From: Verrucomicrobiia bacterium
Lineage (GTDB): Bacteria > Verrucomicrobiota > Verrucomicrobiia > Limisphaerales > UBA11358
Length of the DNA stretch: 64,000 bases
NCBI GenBank assembly: GCA_036269115.1
Contig: DATAST010000262.1
Coordinates: 3,386 to 67,385, forward strand
Reading direction: 5' to 3'
The notes under the pieces are model-generated. The model was not told the DNA's origin. It made no database searches and worked only from the letters and a program-made list of their open reading frames with translations. The position numbers and the translations under genes are program-made. Of the stretch, positions 28,535 through 37,994 are shown one piece after another (position 1 is the stretch's first letter; the number at the start of each line of letters is the position of its first letter).

Positions 28535-29060
28535 CCGATTGGATTTTACGATCGGTTGGGAAGATCTTTTTTATAATCCGAATGAAAGCCGCGCTACTCC
28601 GATCGAAGTTGGTTGGAATATTTTTCACAATCATGATTTTGCATTCGAAGCAGAAAAATACGTCCACACTCTTGTCGCCTTGTGAAAACGTGAAAACTAC
28701 CGAGGGCTCAGGAAAACAATTTTTCTGCCAAAGCCCTGAAGGATAGCTATTTTTGTCCAACAATAGTTTACTCAACTGCGTTGCCAGATTGGTTGAGACC
28801 AGAATTGGCTGGCCTGTTTTTAAGGAAAAATCCGTGAAATCGAATTTGGCTTTCCGTCCCTGCTCATGTTCTTCCTCTTCCACCGAACCCAAAGTCCTCC
28901 ATGCCTTCACGGAATCCGCATTCGCAATAACAGCAGCATTGGCGCTCCCGCCGAAGACGTTGGTTATGCTGGTGTTGTCGTTCGCAGAGCATCCAATAAC
29001 AATCAAAAACATTGCGGCGAGGAAAATAAGGCAGGACTTCCTAATTCGTTGGTTGTTCAT
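28518..29060 (-). CDS. hypothetical lipoprotein (180 aa)
   Basis: The ATG is at 29060 and the lipobox is LIVIGC. No family is recognised. The region is AT-richer than its surroundings. The longer track ORF (to 29504) runs antisense into the WYL gene and is not credible. Confidence 0.55.
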   Translation of the reverse strand: MNNQRIRKSCLIFLAAMFLIVIGCSANDNTSITNVFGGSANAAVIANADSVKAWRTLGSVEEEEHEQGRKAKFDFTDFSLKTGQPILVSTNLATQLSKLLLDKNSYPSGLWQKNCFPEPSVVFTFSQGDKSVDVFFCFECKIMIVKNIPTNFDRSSAAFIRIIKKIFPTDRKIQSVSDDG

Positions 29061-29198
29061 GGTCAAATCGAATTTCCCGGTCATTTCCGCGATTATCTTA
29101 TGAACACTGGGATTGGCAACCTGTTTCACACGAGCAGCGACAGCAATTTTCCATTTTTTCCTTTCTCCTTCTAACTTGTTCTGTCTTTCTGGCATCGA

Positions 29199-30191
29199 AT
29201 GAACGCGGCGAATAAATCTCCTTCTTTGCATTCGCGTCCGCCTTTGGAGCGGATGTTGCGGATTCATCAGGCATTGCAGACCGGCAACTTCCCAAACGCC
29301 TCGAAGCTTGCGCAGGAAATCGAAGTGGCCCCCAAGACGATTCACCGGGACATGGAATTCATGCGGGACCGGATGAACCTGCCCATCGAATTTGACGCAT
29401 CGCGCAACGGTTATTTCTACGACGGCGAGGTCAGCGCCTTTCCCACGCTTCAAATCACCGAAGGCGAGCTGTTTGCCCTTGTCGTGGCTGAAAAAGCGCT
29501 GCAACAGTATCGTGGCACTAGTTTTGAGCGGCCGCTTCTCTCAGCAATCAAAAAAATGGAGCAGTCCCTGCCGGACACCATCTCGCTCAACCTCGCCGAC
29601 GTGGGCCGTGCGATTTCTTTTCGCACGAGCGTCGAGCCTATTTTGGATTTGAAAATTTTCGATACCCTGGCCCGGGCGGTGGCCGAGCACCGCCAGCTCG
29701 AGCTGGATTATCGCAAGCCCGGGTCGAAAGGACCTGAGACACGCACGGTAGACCCGTATCACCTGGCCAATGTGAACGGTGAATGGTTTTTGTTTGCGTT
29801 CGACCATAAACGCAAGGACATCCGTAAATTCGCGCCGAGTCGCATCCGGGCCATCAAGCCTACCGGCAAGATGTTCGAACGATCCGGCAAATTCTCGCTG
29901 GAAAAGCAATTACGCGACAGCTTCGGCGTTCATTCCGGCCAGGGCCAATTCGACGTCGTGATCGTGTTCAACCCCCGTGCCGCTGACTACATCCGCGAAA
30001 AGAAATGGCACGATTCACAGCAACTGCGCGAACTGAAAAACGGCAAAGTGGAACTGAAGCTGAAACTGTCGAGCCTTGTCGAGATTGAACGCTGGATTTT
30101 AAGCTGGGGCGGCGACGCCAAAGTCATTAAGCCCCGGGAACTGGCGGACGCAGTGCGCCATTCAGCGGAAAAGATTCTGCAACCGCGATAG
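29199..30191 (+). CDS. HTH-WYL-WCX transcriptional regulator
   Basis: It has an N-terminal wHTH (LERMLRIHQALQ...KTIHRDMEFM) and a central WYL-type domain (YHLANVNGEWFLFAFD). Its C-terminal extension has the same length as in the PafBC/CapW/BrxR type. Confidence 0.8.
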   Translation: MNAANKSPSLHSRPPLERMLRIHQALQTGNFPNASKLAQEIEVAPKTIHRDMEFMRDRMNLPIEFDASRNGYFYDGEVSAFPTLQITEGELFALVVAEKALQQYRGTSFERPLLSAIKKMEQSLPDTISLNLADVGRAISFRTSVEPILDLKIFDTLARAVAEHRQLELDYRKPGSKGPETRTVDPYHLANVNGEWFLFAFDHKRKDIRKFAPSRIRAIKPTGKMFERSGKFSLEKQLRDSFGVHSGQGQFDVVIVFNPRAADYIREKKWHDSQQLRELKNGKVELKLKLSSLVEIERWILSWGGDAKVIKPRELADAVRHSAEKILQPR

Positions 30192-30394
30192 TGGCAGGCA
30201 TTGCATGGCCAAGTTTCGGGTAGTGGTCCGATGCCGAAATGTGGGACAAAGGCCAAACCTATACCAGGTTCTGGAGAACAGGAAGATAAGCGCCAACGGC
30301 GCGGCTTATGGTTGGTTTGGAAGACGTCGCCGGAGCTAATGGTTGCTTGACAAACAACGTTTCTAATGTTTCGTTAAGCCAGCCAGACTGATTT

Positions 30395-30643
30395 ATGTAT
30401 TTCGTCGGTTTCATCCTGTATCTGATCGGGCTGATAGTCTCGGCAATTGGCAACATCATGTTTTTGGCCGTGGTTTTTCGCTACAGCACGGCTTGGTTCT
30501 TCGGTTGTCTCTGGATTCCCTTTGCCAGCTGGGTTTATTTCCTCTTGTATACGAAGCAGACTTGGAAGCCGATGTTGTTATGCGCCGCTGGATGCGTGGC
30601 AGCCTCGACGGGCGTTTGGATCATGGCGTCCTTTGCCGTGTGA
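30395..30643 (+). CDS. small membrane protein (82 aa, 3 TM)
   Basis: It is a hydrophobic ORF with an ATG start. No family is recognised. Confidence 0.4.
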   Translation: MYFVGFILYLIGLIVSAIGNIMFLAVVFRYSTAWFFGCLWIPFASWVYFLLYTKQTWKPMLLCAAGCVAASTGVWIMASFAV

Positions 30644-30673
30644 TGGCGACATCAATAGCACACTCTCAACGTT

Positions 30674-30853
30674 AGAGCGGTTTAAAAAATACTGTAGCCA
30701 TTCGGGAAGAAAAAGAAGGGAAGCGGTCTTTTTGGGTTTTGGCGTCGTTTCAGCTTCAGTCACAGGGTTTTCAAACATGCTCCTTCGCTGAGGCCTCGCC
30801 AAAACACCAAAAATCCTCGCTCCGAACGGCCACATTATTTTTTAAAACGCTCT
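30674..30853. mobile_element. MITE-like element, copy A (180 bp, 32-bp imperfect TIRs)
   Basis: The left end is AGAGCGGTTTAAAAAATACTGTAGCCATTCGG and the reverse complement of the right end is AGAGCGTTTTAAAAAATAATGTGGCCGTTCGG (28/32 identical). The interior is itself palindromic. It is flanked by TA/TTA. Confidence 0.7.
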
Positions 30854-31110
30854 AAGCATTTTCAAAAGACAGCCCCGATCCATATTGTTTCCCGGATTGC
30901 CGCTCCTTAGAGTCAAGGGCGGGACAGCCTGTCCCCGCAAAAGCTTACTGGGCGTGGGAGACGAGGCGCCCCACGCCGGTTCGTCATCCCAATTCATCGA
31001 TTCACTCAATGTTGCCAAATTTTTATCAATTCACGCACTCTGGGCGAAATGAGTTAGAAAGGAGGCGGACAAGCCGCCCGGCAAATGCGCGGCGCAAATG
31101 AAAGGCAACT

Positions 31111-31797
31111 ATGAGAATGCTCGTTCGATTGGCGGCGGTCGGGGCGGTAACGTGTTTGCTGGCTGGTTGTGAGACCACCGGTCTTTCGCCCCGTGAGGTG
31201 TCTGGCGTTAGTTACCCCAATTACATCTTCAGTCTGCAATCCGGGACTAATGGCCCATCGCAGAAAATCGTCGCGCCCGTTCGATTGGTTGTCGCGCAGA
31301 TTGGCGAAGATGCGCCGGCCGCAGCTTTGCTGGACAAATTGGCAGCGGATAAAATGCTTGTGGCTTCCGTCGGTGGTTTGCCCGTTCCCGATGAAGGTCA
31401 AGTCGGGCTGAACCAGCCGGATTATGCCAGTCGGGTGAAAACAGTTTGTGGCCTGGCGCAAGCTGCCGGAGCTGATTATGTCTTTCTCATCGGCGGTCGC
31501 CTGGATACCTGGCAACAACACGATTTTCTGAGTCTCCTGGATTTCACCATTGTGGGCGGCACAATCCTGCCGGGCACGAGAATCCACGTTGAAGGACGAG
31601 GGGCGGGCACCCTGATTTCCACGGCCACTTGCCGCCCAGTGCTGTTTGTAAGCGCCGATACGCGCACGGTAGCGCTGTCACCCGATTTTTTGGATGATGG
31701 CAAAACTGTAACGTTGCAAGCGCGGGTTCGAGACGAACTGGCCGGGAAATTGGCCGACCGGTTCTTAGAACGGCTCACTGCTTGCGCCGGTCAATAA
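31111..31797 (+). CDS. hypothetical lipoprotein (228 aa)
   Basis: It has a signal peptide with the lipobox LLAGC. No confident family is recognised. Confidence 0.55.
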   Translation: MRMLVRLAAVGAVTCLLAGCETTGLSPREVSGVSYPNYIFSLQSGTNGPSQKIVAPVRLVVAQIGEDAPAAALLDKLAADKMLVASVGGLPVPDEGQVGLNQPDYASRVKTVCGLAQAAGADYVFLIGGRLDTWQQHDFLSLLDFTIVGGTILPGTRIHVEGRGAGTLISTATCRPVLFVSADTRTVALSPDFLDDGKTVTLQARVRDELAGKLADRFLERLTACAGQ

Positions 31798-32054
31798 CAG
31801 CGCATTGCACCTTCTTGTTGGTCATTCAACGTTGAAGGCCCGCTGCAACTTTGAGTATTGAGACGCTTAGTACGGTGACCTGATTTGTTTGAATTCTTTT
31901 GAGACATTGCCCGAAAGATCAATGTTGTCCGGATCCAACGCCATGACGGGCGAACCTGGTGTGAGTGAGAATCAACCAGGGTTCAAACGCTTTTTCGGGT
32001 CTGTGGACCTAACCTTTTTTGGCGCGGCGCGAAGGCTGGATTTCCGGTCCCGGG

Positions 32055-32075
32055 TGTGAGATAATATCTCTCACA
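32055..32075. promoter_or_regulatory. candidate operator: TGTGAGA-N7-TCTCACA
   Basis: This perfect 7-bp inverted repeat lies 35 nt upstream of the 32110 start codon. Confidence 0.3.
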
Positions 32076-32109
32076 TAGTCAAACCCATTCACTGAAATCC
32101 GCCTTTAAG

Positions 32110-35100
32110 ATGTTCCGATCGAAATATTTGGCAGTATGGTTTTCGCTTTTGCCGTGGCTCAGTTTTTTCTTCGCAAGCGACTCAACCTTTGGCGCGACCA
32201 CCAATTTTAGTTGGATCGCTACTTCGCCTGCGGACTATTCGGTAGCGGGCGATTGGGACCAGGGAACCGTGCCTGGCGGAAACGCGCCGGGATTCAACTA
32301 CGCGGCGCTGTTTACCAACAATGTCGCCTGCAATTACTACAGCAATTCCAGCGCTGTCCTGGACAACGACTGGGTAGGCCAAATGTCATTAGGCGCATGG
32401 AACAACAGCACGGGCGCCTTCGTCATGAACGGCGGAACGCTTTTGGTCAGCAACGCGCCCAATAGCTACGCCGTGACGATCGGCGGACGTGACGGTGCGA
32501 ATGGCGCCGGCGGCGCGTCATTGTCGCCGTCCTCAGGCGCCAACAGCGTCGGCAATTTCACAATGAATGGCGGCACACTGACCGTTTCGCGGGCAGACAC
32601 CGCCTATTACAAGGACTCCTTTATCCTCGGCCTGGGCACAAATTCCACCGGCACCTTTACCGTCAATGGAGGCGTGGCGAATTTTTTGTGCGGCATTGAG
32701 TTAGGCATCTACGGCGCAGGCACGGTGACCGTCAGCGGCGGCGCAATCGTGGATAACGGCTGGTTTGGCGTCGGACGTGGCAATGGCGTGCCGATGGGTT
32801 CTGGAACATTTAATTTAACGGGTGGCGCGGTGTATATTCTGCCCAATTTTACCGGCGGCACAGCCGGGGGTACCGGTGGTTTATATCTAAACCAGGGCGG
32901 CACGAACGCCACAGTCAATATCAGCGGCGGCTCGGTATATGTTTCAGCCATCGGATTTGCCGGCACCAGTTATACTTCTCTTCCAAAGGATACCCTCAAT
33001 ATCAGCGGCGGTTCGCTTTACATCGGCTTTAACGGAATTTACACCACCAGCGGTTCGGAAAGCCCATCCGTTAATATTTCCGGTGGAACATTTCATACGG
33101 TGCACATGCTGGGGGTCGGCGGCGGCGGTGCGGCCGGTTCCACGAACGTGGACCTTTTGTCCGACGGCACGAATTGGGAATGGACAGCACCCTCCGTAAA
33201 TTTGACCAACAATTCATTCCTGGTAAATGGAGTGAGTGGGCCCGGTTACGTGACCTTTGCGCCGGAGCCTGGACGGGTAATTATCCTGGCAAACACCTGG
33301 AGCGGAGTTGGTGGCCTGATGGTGAATGGTCCGGGCACGGTGGGCATCACCTCGAACAATCTCTACACCGGCAACACGACCATCACCCAAGGCACCCTCG
33401 CTATGTTAGGCGGCTCAATTGGCGGCAGTCCAAACATTATCGTCGCGCCAGGAGCAGCGCTGGCTGGTCCCTCCAGTGGTCCTGCTTTTACGCCGGCTGC
33501 CGGCCAAATCGTGAGCAACAGCGGTTCTGGAGCGATATTTGCAGGCCAGATTAACACTGGCCCGTCAACGGTCGTCCTGAATTATTCGTCCGGAGCACCT
33601 GCATTTACGGTCATCGGTGGCGTGCTGGGCTTGTCATCCGGCACCCTATTTGAAGTCAACAATACTGGACCTGTTTTGACTGCCGGGAATTATGAGATCA
33701 TTTCCGCCGGCGCAGGAGGGGTTGTTGCCGTACCGGGCGGTTTGCCCGCAGTAACCGTCACAGGCAATGGTATTGCGGCCGGTGAAAACGCATTTCTCAC
33801 GATTTCGAACAATAATTTGTATCTGGAAATGGGGACTGGCCAACCCCCGCAAGTCGCGAACATCATAACCAATACGCTCTATTTTGGTTCAACGTGGCAA
33901 ATCGCGATTACGAACCTCGCGGCTTTGGCTGGCTGGAGCGATCCGAATGGCCAGCCCGTTGGTCTGGCCGGCGTCGGTCCGTATAGCGGCAATGGAACCA
34001 ATGTCTTCACCGACGGCACAAACATTTACTACAACGGTTTGCTAACGTCCGATGACTTGTTCACGTACACCATTACCAATGCGACACTGTCCGCCGTGGG
34101 GCAGGTCCAGTTGATCGGCATCGACCCGACCGCCGCTATCCCCGCCGATGCTGGCGATTCGATGTCTCTGGATGGCACCTGGCGATTTTATTTTGAAAAT
34201 ATCAATTACGATTTTGGCTCGCCGCCAAACGTTGCACTGCCGCCTCCGAGCCAGCCGACATTCCAGCAAGTGAATTACGTCGAAAGTTCCGGCTGGACGA
34301 ACCTGCCCGTGCCCGGCAATTGGGAAATGTACGGGCTATCACCTTGCACATACTATGTGAATGATAATACCAGCGGCCTTTACCGGTATTGGTTTCAAAT
34401 TCCGCAGTCATGGCAGGGCCGTCGTGTCTATCTCTATTTCGACGGCGTGCAAAACGGTGCAGAAATTTGGCTCAACGGCCAGCCCGTGCCGGTGAATGAG
34501 TCGAGTTGGAATATCAACAACTACCACGAAAGCGGCTGGACAGGCTTTCAGGTGGACCTGACGTTGCAGGCCAACTTTGGCACCACAAATTTACTCGCCG
34601 TTCGGGTCATTAAAAATACTCCGTCGAATGATTTAGACACTGGGGATTATTTCATGCTCGGCGGTATCGATCGGCCAGTCACGCTGTATTCGGTTCCACA
34701 AACCAACATCGCTGACGTTCAGGTAAGCACATATGTGACCAACGGTGTTGGCACCGTGGACGTGCTGGCGGACATTAACGGCGGAAATTCCACAACACCG
34801 GTCTCGATGCTTCTGGACGGAGTGGAAACGGACACGATGGCAACCAACGGCATAGCCGTTTTCAGCCAGGTCATAAACCAGGCGAAACTCTGGTCGGCCG
34901 AATTTCCCAATCTCTATACTTTGACCGTGCAATTGAAAGACACGAACGGACAGGTTGCTGAAACTGTGACGAACCGCATCGGCATCCGCCAGATTACCAT
35001 TACCAACGGTGTATTGTTGGTAAACGGCGTGCCCGTCAAATTCGCCGGCGTGGGCGACCACGATTCGTCGCCAACCAACGGCAGCGCCGTTCCGCCTGGC

Positions 35101-37149
35101 TTTTGGTATAACGAATTCAAATTGATGAAGGCGGCGAATATCAATGCCTTCCGGCCCTGTCATTATCCTTATGATTCCGCCATGTATGATGCCGCCGATG
35201 AGGTGGGCATGTACGTTTCGGACGAGTTGCCCTATTGCTGGTGCACTCCGGAAACGCCTGACCCAAATTATCAACCGGCCTTTACCCAACGCGCCGAGGA
35301 AACCGTGCGCCGGGACAGAAACCATCCGTCGGTCATGATTTGGGCCATCGGCAATGAAAATGGCGCCGGCAACAATCTCCAGGTCGTCGCCGACGAGGTC
35401 CATTTGCTGGATCCCACCCGGCCGCGCCTGGTTTCAACCTTCAACGCCTCGAAATACAACACCGAACTGTCGGATGCCCACTATCCGAGCCTCGCTACAA
35501 TGCAGTCAGACGCAGCGAACGGTGCATCCACCGGGCATCCGTTCATTTTCATGGAGAATCCAAACACCTGGGACGAGCGTCTGGGCGCCGATGCGAGTAT
35601 GTGGGAGGATTGGGGCGTTTGCATGCAACGTTGTTGGAACATCTGTATAGCGTCCAATACTATTCCAGGCACATTCCCATTTGAATGGTCGGACCGCGCC
35701 GTCCGGGACCCCAATTCCGCCGCCAGCTATACGAATGACCACGCCCAGCTGCTCACCTATTACCCCGCCACAGGTATTCGCCTGCTCAAGTTGAAAGGCA
35801 TGGTGGACGCATTCCGCAACTTGCGCCCAAGCGTGTACGAACTCCAAATGATTTATTCGCCGGTCCAAATCAGCAACTCATTGACCGTTTCATCCGGCCA
35901 GGTTTCTTTCCCCATTCAAAATCGCTATTCCTTCACCGACCTCTCATATTTGGCGACAGAGTGGCAACTGGAACGGAACGGCATGACCATCGCGTCCGGC
36001 AGCACAAACCTGGAGATGCCGCCCCTGAGCAGCGGAACCGCGCAGCTTTCATTGCCGTCAAACGCACTGGCCTACGCAGATACGTTGCGCCTGGATTTCA
36101 TCCACCCGAATGGCAACGACGTTTATGCTTATCAATTCGCGTTGTCGAGCCCCTCGCTGGTTTCCACGATTAATACGAATCTCCCCGCCGGGCTTCCAAT
36201 CCCGCAATTTAATCTAATCACACAGACGAATCACAGCGACCCGGTTTATTGGGAGGAGAGCATTCGTTTTCCGGCCACGCTCACAAGCGTCGTCCTTGTG
36301 CCGGCCAATGCCACGAATCTGGCTCAACTGAATTCGCTTTCAGCAACCGTGATGGGCGGCATCAACGGAGCGCAGGTCCTTGGAACCCTTCAGGCCGGTT
36401 TCACAAATAATGTCTTTTCATACACTCTCCATTGGACCGGCTCTTCCTGGCCGGTCCAGGAGGTCGGCTGGACATTCCAAATGCCGGGCAACTACAGCAA
36501 TTTCTCCTGGAGCCGCAATGGACGCTGGACGGTTTATCCAAACGACGACATCGGACGGGCTTCCGGCACGGCGACGCCGGACACAACCAACGTGGACGTC
36601 ACGGACATGGATATTCCCAACGCCTTCGATTTCAATTCAACGAAATATAATTGCTTTTGGGCCAGTCTCACCAGCCCGGCAGGCGACGGTCTTCGGCTTT
36701 CGTTCAATACGAATCAGCTCTTTGATTGTCGTGCCACAGGAACGCCCGACGGCACTGGCTATTTGCTCTATGCCAATCAACAAGTGAGCCCGGCCAATGA
36801 TATCAGCGCCAACACAATTCCAGACTTATTCCTGACACTGAAAAGCGGGAATGTCCTTTCGGGCAGCTTCACCGTAGGGTCGAATTCCAATCTGGTTTCC
36901 GGCGCCGTTGGCAGCCTGAATGGCCCGATTAACGTTGTGACGTCGCCAAACGGTGGGCTCAATGGAAATCAGGTGGAATTGAACTTCAGCGCGAATGCCG
37001 CAACGGGCTATAGCATCTGGTCCTCAACCAACCTGCTCACTTGGCAATGGGATGGAACAGCCACCGAGGCGACCGCTGGTCAATACGAGTTCATCGACCT
37101 CCTGGCCACGAATGCTCCGTGCCGATTCTATCGAATCACATCACCTTGA
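32110..37149 (+). CDS. giant secreted protein: autotransporter-associated beta-strand (PATR) repeats + GH2-type glycosidase core + C-terminal beta-domain
   Basis: It has a signal peptide and repeated G(G)TL.V...G...TG.T.I..GTL units. GH2 motifs are present (NAFRPCHYPYD, RDRNHPSVMIWAIGNENG). The protein is 1679 aa. Confidence 0.8.
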   Translation: MFRSKYLAVWFSLLPWLSFFFASDSTFGATTNFSWIATSPADYSVAGDWDQGTVPGGNAPGFNYAALFTNNVACNYYSNSSAVLDNDWVGQMSLGAWNNSTGAFVMNGGTLLVSNAPNSYAVTIGGRDGANGAGGASLSPSSGANSVGNFTMNGGTLTVSRADTAYYKDSFILGLGTNSTGTFTVNGGVANFLCGIELGIYGAGTVTVSGGAIVDNGWFGVGRGNGVPMGSGTFNLTGGAVYILPNFTGGTAGGTGGLYLNQGGTNATVNISGGSVYVSAIGFAGTSYTSLPKDTLNISGGSLYIGFNGIYTTSGSESPSVNISGGTFHTVHMLGVGGGGAAGSTNVDLLSDGTNWEWTAPSVNLTNNSFLVNGVSGPGYVTFAPEPGRVIILANTWSGVGGLMVNGPGTVGITSNNLYTGNTTITQGTLAMLGGSIGGSPNIIVAPGAALAGPSSGPAFTPAAGQIVSNSGSGAIFAGQINTGPSTVVLNYSSGAPAFTVIGGVLGLSSGTLFEVNNTGPVLTAGNYEIISAGAGGVVAVPGGLPAVTVTGNGIAAGENAFLTISNNNLYLEMGTGQPPQVANIITNTLYFGSTWQIAITNLAALAGWSDPNGQPVGLAGVGPYSGNGTNVFTDGTNIYYNGLLTSDDLFTYTITNATLSAVGQVQLIGIDPTAAIPADAGDSMSLDGTWRFYFENINYDFGSPPNVALPPPSQPTFQQVNYVESSGWTNLPVPGNWEMYGLSPCTYYVNDNTSGLYRYWFQIPQSWQGRRVYLYFDGVQNGAEIWLNGQPVPVNESSWNINNYHESGWTGFQVDLTLQANFGTTNLLAVRVIKNTPSNDLDTGDYFMLGGIDRPVTLYSVPQTNIADVQVSTYVTNGVGTVDVLADINGGNSTTPVSMLLDGVETDTMATNGIAVFSQVINQAKLWSAEFPNLYTLTVQLKDTNGQVAETVTNRIGIRQITITNGVLLVNGVPVKFAGVGDHDSSPTNGSAVPPGFWYNEFKLMKAANINAFRPCHYPYDSAMYDAADEVGMYVSDELPYCWCTPETPDPNYQPAFTQRAEETVRRDRNHPSVMIWAIGNENGAGNNLQVVADEVHLLDPTRPRLVSTFNASKYNTELSDAHYPSLATMQSDAANGASTGHPFIFMENPNTWDERLGADASMWEDWGVCMQRCWNICIASNTIPGTFPFEWSDRAVRDPNSAASYTNDHAQLLTYYPATGIRLLKLKGMVDAFRNLRPSVYELQMIYSPVQISNSLTVSSGQVSFPIQNRYSFTDLSYLATEWQLERNGMTIASGSTNLEMPPLSSGTAQLSLPSNALAYADTLRLDFIHPNGNDVYAYQFALSSPSLVSTINTNLPAGLPIPQFNLITQTNHSDPVYWEESIRFPATLTSVVLVPANATNLAQLNSLSATVMGGINGAQVLGTLQAGFTNNVFSYTLHWTGSSWPVQEVGWTFQMPGNYSNFSWSRNGRWTVYPNDDIGRASGTATPDTTNVDVTDMDIPNAFDFNSTKYNCFWASLTSPAGDGLRLSFNTNQLFDCRATGTPDGTGYLLYANQQVSPANDISANTIPDLFLTLKSGNVLSGSFTVGSNSNLVSGAVGSLNGPINVVTSPNGGLNGNQVELNFSANAATGYSIWSSTNLLTWQWDGTATEATAGQYEFIDLLATNAPCRFYRITSP

Positions 37150-37203
37150 CACAGGGAAAGGGGAAATCCTTGTCATCTTTATCCTCATCCTCAAAATTGG
37201 GGC

Positions 37204-37220
37204 GGGGACAGCTTGTCCCC
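37204..37220. terminator. short GC hairpin between convergent genes (terminator candidate)
   Basis: The hairpin is GGGGACA-GCT-TGTCCCC, with an A/T run (TAAATAAAAAAAT) 10 nt downstream on the plus strand. Confidence 0.4.
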
Positions 37221-37313
37221 GGTCCCTCTAAATAAAAAAATCCGCTGGATATTTCAGATCCGTCAGATCAATCCCACACACCCACAATGACCGTGGACTC
37301 CGGACTGCGTATT

Positions 37314-37937
37314 TCACCGCCCTTCCGCAATATCCGCAAAATTCTTCAACAATTGCAGCCCGGTTTTTTGGCTTTTTTCCGGGTGAAATTGCGTGGCGAA
37401 CACGTTGTCCTTCCAAATCGCCGACACAAAAGATTGGCCGTACTCTGTGCGCGTGGCGGCGATTCCCTGGTCTTCAGGTTTCGGGAAAAAGCTGTGAACA
37501 AAATAAACGTAGCTGCCGGTTTCAATCCCACGAAACAACGGACAATCCGGCCGAACAATATCAATCTGGTTCCAGCCTATCTGCGGAATCTTCAGGCCGT
37601 CCGATTTCGAAAAGCGGACGACGCTCCCCTTGAATATCCCGAGCCCCGCCGCGCACGAGTTAAATTCTTCGCTCCGTTCAAATAGCGCCTGGTAGCCCAC
37701 ACAAATTCCCAGGAACGGTTTGCCGGTCTTAATAAACTCGCGGGACGCTTCAAACAGCTCCTGCCGCTGCATCGCATTCATGCAATCGTCAAAGGCACCG
37801 ACGCCAGGCAGCACAACCCCGCTCGCCCCTCGCATTTCCGCCGGGATCTTCGCTACGCGGACGTCCGCGCCAACCTTGAGCAGCGCCTTCTGCGCGCTGC
37901 GCAGGTTGCCGGAGCCGTAATCCAAAAGCGCAATCAC
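37314..37937 (-). CDS. hisH: imidazole glycerol phosphate synthase, glutamine amidotransferase subunit
   Basis: It has IALLDYGSGNLRS, the catalytic Cys in LGICVGYQ, and the FHPEKS motif. Confidence 0.92.
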   Translation of the reverse strand: MIALLDYGSGNLRSAQKALLKVGADVRVAKIPAEMRGASGVVLPGVGAFDDCMNAMQRQELFEASREFIKTGKPFLGICVGYQALFERSEEFNSCAAGLGIFKGSVVRFSKSDGLKIPQIGWNQIDIVRPDCPLFRGIETGSYVYFVHSFFPKPEDQGIAATRTEYGQSFVSAIWKDNVFATQFHPEKSQKTGLQLLKNFADIAEGR

Positions 37938-37994
37938 GCTGTATTTTAAACTTTTCGGTTTGACGTTTCACGAAAATTCGGCGTAGCTGATAGA

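Noticed and set aside
30346-30375. TTGACA ... TCGTTA sigma70-like promoter upstream of the 82-aa membrane ORF
   Set aside because: The -10 element is poor and the promoter consensus for this lineage is not established, so it is not supportable from sequence alone.
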